Below the pieces are notes generated by a model. It was not told where the DNA came from and searched no databases. It was given only the letters and a program-made list of their open reading frames with translations. The position numbers and the translations under genes are program-made. 64,000 bases of DNA from Haliotis cracherodii (taxonomy: Eukaryota). Every line of letters starts with the position of its first letter. Position 1 is the first letter of the stretch. The stretch covers positions 43,400,001-43,464,000 of the forward strand of contig NW_027266343.1 in assembly GCF_022045235.1 (NCBI RefSeq), written 5' to 3'. Shown here piece by piece: positions 38,631 to 49,696 of the stretch.

Positions 38631-38739
38631 CATCCCAATGTCGAACTTAGGGCTATAGATTCCCATACCAAGGGCTAACTCCCATTCTTTAAGATTGACT
38701 TACGCCCCAAGACCGCGGCCCCGGGACTTTCTATTTAGG

Positions 38740-38942
38740 AGAACCCTTGCTTGCCGTAAATGGAGACTATGCTTGACGTAAGAGGCGACTAACGGGATCG
38801 GATGGACTTGGTGGATACATGTCATCGTATCCCAGTTGCGTGGATCGATGCTCATGATATCAATCACTGGATTGTCTGGTCCAGACTCGATAATGTTCAG
38901 ACCGCCGTCACAAAGCTGGAATATTGCTGAGTGCGGCGTCCT
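38740..38942 (+). mobile_element. Family C, 5'-truncated
   Basis: Consensus match. Confidence 0.85.
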
Positions 38943-39594
38943 CGTAACCACACACATCTCCGATCACACATCTCAGGTTAGCGCTGTACTGAAAAGTGAA
39001 TGTCATCGATTCACGCATTTGTCCGTTGCTGCTATTGTTTGCATTAAGGGATAAATAAAACCAATAGTCCTCTGCTGTAACAGAACCTACATGCTGCTGC
39101 TCGGGTGGCCATGTAAGGTGTATCGATTCTCGTAACATATTGCTGCATGTATTGTTTCCGTGCTTTATTAGATTCCAACGGACACCTTCGCTCAGAGGAG
39201 ACTCCCAAGGTGCGATCTGACCCTTTGAACCCGCACTTTATGACCTCTTATTACTCTCGAAATCCTTACAGACCTTTCCCAGTTGACCCTTAGTGAGAGA
39301 ATCGACAACTCGTTGGCCTGACTGGAACATTATACTTTTTAATTCGTGCTTCTGATATTTATGTTTAAGTTGAAACATATAAGAGACGTTTAAGGGGAGT
39401 GGGTTAGATTAACATTTAGTCCTCCTTCCCTCTTAAAATAATATAAAAATAATGTAATAATACATATACAAAATGGAGCCAAGAACAATGCCGAATGCCT
39501 TGAGCTGAGGCAATCTACACTTTCCACATCATTCTAGGCTTGAATTGGATTCCTTTTGTAAACTTATTTTCTTGGGTCTAGAGAGTGAGCGGGA

Positions 39595-41490
39595 TTGTCG
39601 TGGAGTGAGAGGAGAGTAATAAAGGTAGACTAGTCGTGGAATCAGGGGAGAGTCATGAAGGTGGGCGTGTCGTGGAATCAGGGGACAGTCATGAAGGTGG
39701 GCGTGTCGTGGAATCAGGGGAGAGTCATGAAGGTGGGCGTGTCGTGGAATCAGGGGACAGTCATGAAGGTGGGCGTGTCGTGGAATCAGGGGAGAGTCAT
39801 GAAGGTGGGCGTGTCGTGGAATCAGGGGACAGTCATGAAGGTGGGCGTGTCGTGGAATCAGGGGAGAGTCATGAAGGTGGACGTGTCGTGGAATCAGGGG
39901 ACAGTCATGAAGGTGGGCGTGTCGTGGAATCAGGGGACAGTCATGAAGGTGGGCGTGTCGTGGAATCAGGGGAGAGTCATGAAGGTGGGCGTGTCGTGGA
40001 ATCAGGGGACAGTCATGAAGGTGGACGTGTCGTGGAATCAGGGGAGAGTCATGAAGGTGGACGTGTCGTGGAATCAGGGGACAGTCATGAAGGTGGACGT
40101 GTCGTGGAATCAAGGGAGAGTCATGAAGGTGGACGTGTCGTGGAATCAAGGGAGAGTCATGAAGGTGGGCGTGTCGTGGAATCAGGGGACAGTCATGAAG
40201 GTGGACGTGTCGTGGAATCAAGGGAGAGTCATGAAGGTGGACGTGTCGTGGAATCAAGGGAGAGTCATGAAGGTGGACGTGTCGTGGAATCAGGGCAGAG
40301 TCATGAAGGTGGACGTGTCGTGGAATCAAGGGAGAGTCATGAAGGTGGACGTGTCGTGGAATCAGGGGAGAGTCACGAAGGTGACGTGTCGTGGAATCAG
40401 GGGAGAGTCATTAAGGTGGACGTGTCGTGGAATCAGGGGAGAGTTACGAAGGTGGGCTAGTCGTGGAATCAGTGGAGAGTCATTAAGGTTGGCTAGTCGT
40501 GGAATCGGGGGAGTGATGAAGATGGGCTAGTCGTGGAATCAGGGGAGAGTCATAAAGGTAGGCTAGTCGTGGAATCGGGAGAGTCATGAAGGTGGGGTAG
40601 TCGTGGAATCAGGGGAGAGTCATGAAGGTGGGGTAGTCGTGGAATCAGGGGAGAGTCATGAAGGTGGGCTAGTCGTGGAATCAGGGGAGAGTCATTAAGG
40701 TGGGCTAGTCGTGGAATCAGGGGAGAGTCATTAAGGTGGGCGTGTCGTGGAATCAGGGGAGAGTCATTAAGGTGGGCGTGTCGTGGAATCAGGGGAGAGT
40801 CATAAAGGTGGGCTAGTCGTGGAATCAGGGGAGAGTCATTAAGGTGGGCTAGTCGTGGAATCAGGGTAGAGTCATTAAGGTGGGCTAGTCGTGGAATCAA
40901 GGGAGAGTCATAAAGGTGGGCTGGTCGTTGAATCAGGGTAGAGTCATTAAGGTGGGCGTGTCGTGGAATCAGGGGAGAGTCATTAAGGTGGGCGTGTCGT
41001 GGAATCAGTGGAGAGTCATGAAGGTGGGTTAGTCGTGGAATCAGGGTAGAGTCACGAAGGTGGGCTAGTCGTGGAATCAAGGGAGGGTCATTAAGGTGGG
41101 CTAGTCGTGGAATCAGGGGAGAGTCATGAAGGTGGGCTAGTCGTGGAATCAGGGTAGAGTCACGAAGTTGGGCTAGTCGTGGAATCAAGGGAGGGTCATT
41201 AAGGTGGGCTAGTCGTGGAATCAGGGGAGAGTCATTAAGGTGGGCTAGTCGTGGAATCAAGGGAGAGTCATTAAGGTGGGCTAGTCGTGGAATCAAGGGA
41301 GAGTCATTAAGGTGGGTGTGTCGTGGAATCAAGGGAGAGTCATTAAGTTGGGCTAGTCGTGGAATCAAGGGGAGTCATTAAGGTGGGCGTGTCGTGGAAT
41401 CAAGGGAGAGTCATGAAGGTGGGCGTGTCGTGGAATCAAGGGAGAGTCATGAAGGTATATGTGTCGTGGAATGAGGGGAGAGTCATGAAG
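39595..41490. repeat. 36-bp G-rich minisatellite (~52 units)
   Basis: Unit CGTGGAATCAGGGGAGAGTCATGAAGGTGGGCGTGT and variants. Confidence 0.97.
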
Positions 41491-42781
41491 AGGGAGAGGA
41501 TGGGGTCAGTCTCGGTTGAACCTTATTGATGTAAATTAAGTAAAACTAATTTACTTTCAGTAGATCAGACAGTGCAAGACTGTTGTAGCCTCATTCATAC
41601 ATCGCCATGGTGACGAGGTTGTTCTTCCTTCGGAAAATAGGTAAATGAGACGCGCATTGTAAATGTAAAACTATGACAAAGCTCATTATTAAAACTATTA
41701 TTCCTCAAATTTTAAAGTTGACATTTCTTTTAATAAAAACAAGTACATAAACGTGCATAAACTCTTTATTTAGAATAAAAGCTTGTATTAGACTGTTCCC
41801 TGGCTGTCCTTTAACGATTCCCAAACATTGAACACAGTACAATTGCCTGACCTTCAGTGAAGACGTGCCATTGTACCATCCAAAAACCGTATGTGTTGCT
41901 AAGCTGAAACTTGATTTAAGGCACGTGCTCACGTGTTGAGAAAAAGGTTAATTCACTAAGACGATCAGGACAACACAAACATCTCTGCCAGATCTACATA
42001 AATAAAAGCCAAAGTTTGTATTCTAACCGGAGATATTTGGACGCATCGCTTCTGTGGGGAGCAGCTGGGATCCCAAAAAACATCGAATCACCATGTTGAC
42101 GGAGAATTTTATTTTCAGACGATTGCCAATGGACGAGAGTCCGTATCCTAACTCGTATCCCCTGAGTGGCTTTTCTTCTTCATCGTCATTTTCCAGTTCA
42201 TATAGGATGTAAGCGGCATGTATTTATTCAGCGCCCTCTCCCAAGCCCCACACATCATGCGTAAATCAACACGCTAACGAGAGCAAGACTGGTTAATGAG
42301 AATGTAATTGAGCTTCGCCTGGCATGAAGGACCCCCTTAATAGCCGCGTAATGAAGACTCAATACTCAAGCAAGGCTAATAGGGGACATGCTCATCTCTC
42401 TTGGGATTTATGAGGGAGCATATTTGTGATTTGTTCAGAATGAGAGCCTTTATTCCTGGGTAGGAGACGTTATGCGCTGTGTTTTTGTTATGGAAATGTT
42501 CGTTGGCTTTTACGAGTCTCTACGGTCGGACCGCCGGCGGATGATGACTGGAGAGTAACAACGTCCACAAGCGCTGGATTCGGTTAGGATGACAGGTGCA
42601 TTAAATAAAATGGTTTCCTAACCCAGGAACATTTCATTCCCCTCTCATTATGTTTAATGCTCCCTGGGAAAGTACGACGAGATAGTGACGGGGACATGGT
42701 GATGCGTTGCGTAATGCTGGAGGAGGGACAGTGATCTAGTGGGCAGTGGTTCTGATCACTGTCATCAAGAAAGGGACATAC

Positions 42782-43785
42782 AAACTTGAATTCAGTGAAA
42801 ATGGAAAGATATAACTGGTATAGCTTGTAGAAAACTTGAATTCGGTGAAAATGGGAAGATATAACTGGTATAGCTTGTAGAAAACTTGAATTCGGTGAAA
42901 ATGGGAAGATATAACTGGTATAGCTTGTAGAAAACTTGAATTCGGTGAAATGGAAAGATATAACTGGTATAGCTTGTGGAAAACTTGAATTCGGTGAAAT
43001 GGAAAGATATAACTGGTATAGCTTGTAGAAAACTTGAATTCGGTGAAAATGGGAAGATATAACTGGTATAGCTTGTAGAAAACTTGAATTCGGTGAAAAT
43101 GGGAAGATATAACTGGTATAGCTTGTAGAAAACTTGAATTCGGTGAAAATGGGAAGATATAACTGGTATAGCTTGTAGAAAACTTGAATTCGGTGAAAAT
43201 GGGAACATATAACTGGCATAGCTTGTAGAAAACTTGAATTCGGTGAAAATGGAAAGGTATAACTGGTATAGCTTGTAAAAAAACTTGAATTCGGTGAAAA
43301 TGGGAAGATATAACTGGTATAGCTTGTGGAAAACTTGAATTCGGTGAAAATGGAAAGATATAACTGGTATAGCTTGTAGAAAACTTGAATTCGGTGAAAA
43401 TGGGAAGATATAACTGGTATAGCTTGTAGAAAACTTGAATTCGGTGAAAATGGGAACATATAACTGGTATAGCTTGTGGAAAACTTGAATTCGGTGAAAA
43501 TGGAAAGATATAACTGGTAAAACTTGTAGAAAAACTTGAATTCGGTGAAAATGGGAAGATATAACTGGTATAGCTTGTAGAAAACTTGAATTCGGTGAAA
43601 ATGGAAAGATGTAACTGGTATAGCTTGTAGAAAACTTGAATTCGGTGAAAATGGGAAGATATAACTGGTATAGCTTGTAGAAAACTTGAATTCGGTGAAA
43701 ATGGGAAGATATAACTGGTATAGCTTGTAGAAAACTTGAATTCGGTGAAGATGGGAAGATATAACTGGTATAGCTTGTAGAAAAT
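42782..43785. repeat. 50-bp minisatellite (~20 units)
   Basis: Unit AAAACTTGAATTCGGTGAAAATGGGAAGATATAACTGGTATAGCTTGTAG. Confidence 0.97.
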
Positions 43786-44029
43786 CAAGATGGCAAAATG
43801 GATACTCGGACCTAAAGAAACTATCAAATGATTTTATCATATGCACAGTTTCATTTTATCCTATTATGTTATAAATCCTTGGCAAATACGTGTGCACACG
43901 CTTCTTTAGTCTAACATTAATTAGACTCTGAAAATTAAGTTATTATTTTTTATAAATTGACTTTTGATTTATAAGAGAACAATAGCCAAATGAATATCTT
44001 CATTTTCAGACTGAAACTAAAGAAATATA

Positions 44030-44150
44030 CATAAGGAAGAGAATTTATAGATGTCACTTCTTTATTATGAGGAATACAACGTTACAGAGTGTATGCTTAC
44101 TCCTTCATCAGGTGAATGAATGCCACGAGGCAGAGAGCACTATATGTACA
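44030..44150 (-). mobile_element. Penelope-like element terminal remnant with a decayed minimal hammerhead motif
   Basis: Minus strand CTGATGA-aggagtaagcatacactct-GTAAC-GTT (expected GAAAC), followed by AATAAA; this arrangement is typical of PLE pseudo-LTRs. Confidence 0.6.
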
Positions 44151-44409
44151 TGTAAGGACAACAGAATTGATAAGATAACAAAAGGTGGAAACTAACAAAG
44201 TTGGTGGAAATTGACAAGGGAAGGCAACAGATGATTGGCGTTGATAGGTGATTAGCAATGGACAATGGAAACCAACACTTTACAGTAATAAGCGCTGATG
44301 GTACGGAAGCTATTTCAACGACCCGAAGAAATATATATGATAACTAAATTGTTTCAGGATCTGTAGGGCTTTCCTTGCTTCATTTTAGTTGTTTTTTTAG
44401 AAGAATCGG

Positions 44410-44638
44410 TTCAGATTCACGGTGCAGAGCACGCCAGAAACCTATGATTCTGGGTTCGAATCCGCCCCGATTATGTTTCTAGGTTTGTTAGCACCATACT
44501 CGTGCACGTGGGTTTCACCGAAGTGGTAAACGTCAGAGACCTGCATCACTTCGGCCTTTCCTCCCACATTAAGCTGACACGCCGCGATATAACTGGAATA
44601 CTGTTAAAAGCGGCGTTAAACCCAACTCACTCACTAAC
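44410..44638 (+). mobile_element. SINE family B, 5'-deleted; a second deleted copy lies at ~44833-44962
   Basis: Consensus match. Confidence 0.9.
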
Positions 44639-45327
44639 TGGGCTGAAATGAAGCATTGTTCCGGGCTCCATTTGGAATGTTTGTGTTTTATTTTGTAGTT
44701 TTGTATTTCTAACAAAGATAACTTTATTTCTTGTACTAAATGTTAGTCTATAGGCATGCGTTATAGTTCTCATACAAATCTGTGTCCTATTGTAATTTGT
44801 AGCTATCGAACTCCTGTTTGTATAGAATCATGCACACGGGTGGCCGAATTGGTCTAAGGCGCCGCAATTTGCTGTGCAGAGTTGCCTCCCCTCGGTACGC
44901 CAGAAACCTATGATAAACCTAGGATATATATGGGATACTGTTCAAAAGCGGCGTTAAACCGAAGTAGTAGTAGTGTATAGCATATTTTAAATATCATTTT
45001 TGTTATTTTATCTGGATGCTTGGATCAAGTCATTCATATAAATCCTTTCACAAGCCAAGAATCCTGGTCTTGTTTTTTAAATGGTTATGATAATAACGGA
45101 GGCAAGTTCTCAAGTTCATACCTGTCATGTATCACGCCCTTGACCTCCATGGTGAATCTAGGATATGATAGGGCGACGAGGAGCCGACAAATAAGGTACA
45201 AAGAGGGTGGATGCAATGAGTGACCTAGCTCATTGCGTGTCATCGTGCAGGCGCGGGTTGTTGTTCACGCTGTCGACCACCGGTTTGCCTCGATCTCCGT
45301 GATACAGCTTGAATATATCAGACCGCG

Positions 45328-45472
45328 GAATGTGGATATTCCAATAGCCAGAATGTGGCTATTCCAGTAGTCAGAATGTAGATATTCCAATAGCCAGAAT
45401 GTGACTATTCCAATAGCCAGAATGTGGCTATTCCAGTAGTCAGAATGTTGTCATTCAAATGGTCAGAATGTA
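45328..45472. repeat. 23-bp minisatellite (~6 units)
   Basis: Unit GAATGTGGATATTCCAATAGCCA. Confidence 0.85.
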
Positions 45473-46454
45473 ATGTTTATGATCACGAGAATGCAGTGTT
45501 CATCGCATTGCATTTGGTATTAAAGGTTATTGCTGTCGACTGTATTAAGATTTTGTGGAAAAGGCTAAAAGCTTCATGATTGGATAGCCGTGTAATTAGT
45601 TGTAAGTATGTGTCCATCAGACTTGATTCACGCAACCAGTCAAAGCAGAATGCTCGTTATATACCGCCGACCAAGAACAGTTGTCTAGAATATTGTATCA
45701 GCCGAAGTATTGATCCGGGTACTTCGGTCTCATATTGTTTCCCGGTCAACAAGTAACATTTCGTTGCAATAAGGTTAATATACAACTGCACGTACTCTGG
45801 TGTAGTTTATGAGTTGAGTGGTATTTTGTGGGTGCTAGCGTTCTAATTACATCCCAAATACCCAACGCGCCATCTTATGTTGAGGGTCACCAGGATCAGA
45901 TTCAATTAGTTGTAATTACAGCAGTACTTTCATCAAGGGCGCACCCCTCTTACCCTGTCACGCACTGTGCAATTAAACCAATTAGTCTTTGAGAAATAAT
46001 CAAATTAAATCCGCTCACTATCATTACTGGTTTGTCTTTAGGAAAATAGTATCTGAAGAAAAACATTCCCGTTGTTACAAATCGATCACGACTAGGAATA
46101 TAGTATTTTCAGAATATCACGAGCTTGAGTGAAACTTTAAAATAACGTTTCAAAGCGTGATTTCAAATTACTGAATGCTAAATCATAAAGTTTACAGTTT
46201 GTGAAATTGAATTAGAATTTTCAATTTGCCCTCTGGTGTTGCAAGTCACGCGGAAAGGTTTGCGCAGAACTGATGAACTCCGTTGTGGGTTGGCCCTAAC
46301 ATCGCTGTTGTGTTATTTGTCAATTATGAAACATATCATTGTGCTGAGTGTTTAAATACACATATATTTTTCGTAAGGTTTGTAATACGAATGCACACCT
46401 TTTTTTCTTCGTATAAATGTGCTTCATTTTTGTATCAATAAGCCTAAATTTAAG

Positions 46455-46733
46455 AAGGGCACAGGTGGCCCAGTCGTCTAAGGCGCCGCGATTCGCTGTG
46501 CAGAGTTGCGTCCCTTGGGCACGCCAGAAACCTATGATTGTGGGTTCGAATCCCGGTTCGCCCCGATTATGTTTCTAGGTTTGTTAGCACCATACCCGTG
46601 CTCATGGGTTTCACCGAAGTGGTAAACGTCAGAGATCTGCATCACTTGGGGCTTTCCTCCCACATTTAGCTGACACGCCGTGATATAAATGGAATAATGT
46701 TCAAAGCAGTGTTAAACCCAACTCACTCACTCA
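46455..46733 (+). mobile_element. SINE family B, full length
   Basis: 12-bp TSD cctaaatttaag. Confidence 0.95.
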
Positions 46734-46913
46734 CCTAAATTTAAGCTGGTTTGGGGAAAGGTTTTAAGTTGCTTGAGGAAGAGGGATTCCGCTCACCAAG
46801 GGTTTTGTAATCTTTGTTGACCTGGTCATGGTCCTTGGTATGTTTCCATCATCACTTTTTTATGTACCAAATGTTTCAGTCTACAATATGTCACTTTCCT
46901 CTGTGGGACAGGG

Positions 46914-47124
46914 GTCCCGTACAGATTCCGGGTAGAATACGTCTTCAGCAACCCAGGCTTTTCGTAAGAGGCGACTAACGGGATCGGGTTGTCAGGCCCG
47001 TTGACTTGGAAGATGCATGTTAACGTATCCCTGGATTGTCTGGTCCAGCCTGATTATTGACAGACCGCCGTCATACAGCTGGAATATAACTGCGGCGTTA
47101 AACAATAAACACACAAACAAACAA
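46914..47124 (+). mobile_element. Family C with internal deletion
   Basis: Head and tail match. Confidence 0.85.
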
Positions 47125-47794
47125 CCTGTGGGGCCATGGGAGGCCAAGTCGTATGACGGTCCGCAATCTGTTGTACAGAATTTCTATCCTCGAACGTGCC
47201 ACAAACCTGTGGTAAGATTGTGACTTCGCGATCGAACCCCAGATTCACACTGAAGCACTGAATATGGTACCAGGTACCCCCCCCCCCCCCCCCCCCCCCC
47301 CTTCTCTTCCCCTCCCCACCCATACACATCAGTGTTATAACCGTACTGTTCAAGCGGCGTTAAACCGAACTCGCTCACCCCCACTTATTGCTAAAAAGAG
47401 TAGTCAAGTTATGAGAGCATGTGGGCCGGCTCATAATATTCATATATTGCGGACCAGATGCATGGCCCAATTTATTAGATAACACGTCACATGTTTTTTG
47501 TACATGACGCGGTTTGTGAGTTAAGCCAGTGTCAGGTTAGGTAACACGAATGCATTGTCTGGACTTAATAACAGCTGAACATGCGATGTCCAAATCCCTC
47601 AAACATAGGAGGCATGGTGGTCGGTTTTATTTTAGGTGCATTGAAAGATGACAGCTGATCATTTAAACAAATGAAATTATGCAAAACGTGTGTTTTCTTT
47701 CTTAAACTACATTGAGTTTTCCATAGTGCTGATTTTAAATGCCATCGAGTGAGGATGCACCAGAACAGCTACGCAGATGACAGGAGTCGTGAGT

Positions 47795-49050
47795 GTCCTA
47801 GTGCTTTCTGATGGCAGTGAAGTGCTTTCTGATGGCAGTGAAGTTCTTACTGATGGCAGTGAAGTGCTTTATGATGGCAATGAAGTGCCTACTGATGGCA
47901 ATGAAGTGCTTACTGATGGCAATGAAGTGCCTACTGATGGCAATGAAGTGCTTACTGATGGCAATGAAGTGCCTACTGATGGCAATGAAGTTCTTACTGA
48001 TGGCGATGAAGTGCTTTATGTTGCCAATGAAGTGCTTTATGATGGCAATGAAGTGCTTTATGATGGCAATGAAGTGCTTTATGATGGCGATAAAGTGCTT
48101 TAAGATGGCAAAAATGTGCTTTCTGATGGCGATAAAGTTATTTATGATGCCGATGAAGTGCTTTACTTTATGATGGAAATGAAGTGCTTTCTGATGGCTA
48201 TGATGTGCTTTTCTGATGGCGATAAAGTGCTTTCTGATGGCGATGAAGTGCTTCATAATGCCGATCAAGTTCTTTATGATGCCGATAAAGTGCTTTATGA
48301 TGGCAATGATGTGCTTTATGATGGCGATAAAGTGCTTTATGATGGCAATAATGTGCTTAGTGATGGCCATGAGGTGCTTTATGATGGCAATGATGTGCTT
48401 AGTGATGGCCATGAGGTGCTTTATGATGCCGATAAAGTGCTTTATGATGCCGATAAAGTGCTTTCTGGTGGCAATGAAGTGCTTTCTGATGGCAATGAAG
48501 TGCTTACTGATGACGAAGCGCTTTCCGATGGCAATGAAATGCTTTATGATGGCGTTGATGTGCTTCCTGATGGCGATGAAGTGCTTTTCTGATGCTGATG
48601 AAGTGCTTACTGGTGGCTATGAAGTGCTTTTCTGATGCTGATGAAGAGCTTACTGATGGCAATGAAGTAGTGCTGTCTGATGGCAATGATGTGCTTTTCT
48701 GATGGCGATGATGTGCTTTATGATGGCGATGATGTGTTTTCTGATGGCGATGAAGTGCTCTCTGATGGCGATGAAGTGCTTTTCTGATGCTGAAGTGCTA
48801 ACTGAGGGCGATGAAGTGCTTTTCTGATGCTGATGAAGAGCTTACTGATGGCAATGAAGTAGTGCTGTCTGATGGCAATGATGTGCTTTTCTGATGGCGA
48901 TGATGTGCTTTATGATGGCGATGATGTGTTTTCTGATGGCGATGAAGTGCTCTCTGATGGCGATGATGTGTTTTCTGGTGGCGATACGTGCTTTATGATA
49001 ACATGAAGTGCTTTTTGATGGCGATGCTTTCTAATGACGATGAAGTCCTC
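47795..49050. repeat. 21-bp minisatellite (~55-60 units)
   Basis: Unit TGATGGCAATGAAGTGCTTTA and variants with indels. Confidence 0.95.
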
Positions 49051-49141
49051 TCAGACGGAATTGTCTTAAAGGGAAACCATACGAAATCGTAACTTATTAA
49101 ACGTTTGGTGTGTTGCATGAAGGAGTCCTCGTTGTGTGTGT

Positions 49142-49275
49142 AGGGACGTAGGGGTAGCCTTGTGGTTAAAGCATTCGCTCGTCACGCCTACGACCCCGGT
49201 TCGTTTCTCCACGTGGGTAAATTGTGTGGAGCCCAGGTGTCACTTGCCGTGATATTGCTGGAATATTGCTAAGAT
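49142..49275 (+). mobile_element. SINE family A, diverged, followed by CT-rich degenerate (ACTC)n to ~49690
   Basis: Head match. Confidence 0.8.
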
Positions 49276-49696
49276 ATTAACTCCATTAACTCTTCCCCTC
49301 CCCCTTTCTCAACTGACTCATCCTATCTCATGACCCATCAAACCCGTTAATATCCGCCCTCACCCACCCACCCACCCTCTCATTCACTCGCCCTTACTCA
49401 CCCACTCTCTCATTCACTCGCCCTCTCATTGAATCGCCCTCGCCCGTTCAACCCTCTCCTGAACTCCCCCTCACTCACTCTTCCTCTCACTGACTGACTC
49501 CCTGACCTGCCATAGACTCACGGTTTATCCATCAATCGCCCTCTCACTCATTTGTTCTTAAACAACCTCTCACTCACTCGCATCCTATTCGCTTGTCCTC
49601 TCACTCATTAGCCTATTTCCACCCAATCTTCCTCTCATTTTTCAGTGTCTCATTCATACTCTCACTAACCAATATCCTCACTTACTTATTCCTATA

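Noticed and set aside
39529-41368. Long ORFs on both strands with 12-aa periodicity
   Set aside because: By-product of a 36-bp repeat; open in several frames and broken by indels.
42584-43846. 420-aa and 363-aa minus-strand ORFs
   Set aside because: A 50-bp stop-free unit cycling through all frames; not protein-like.
47777-48686. Acidic heptad ORFs (DGNEVLY)n, superficially like a shell-matrix protein
   Set aside because: Frequent frame-breaking indels, an in-frame stop and no signal peptide; best explained as a 21-bp minisatellite. RNA-seq would settle it.
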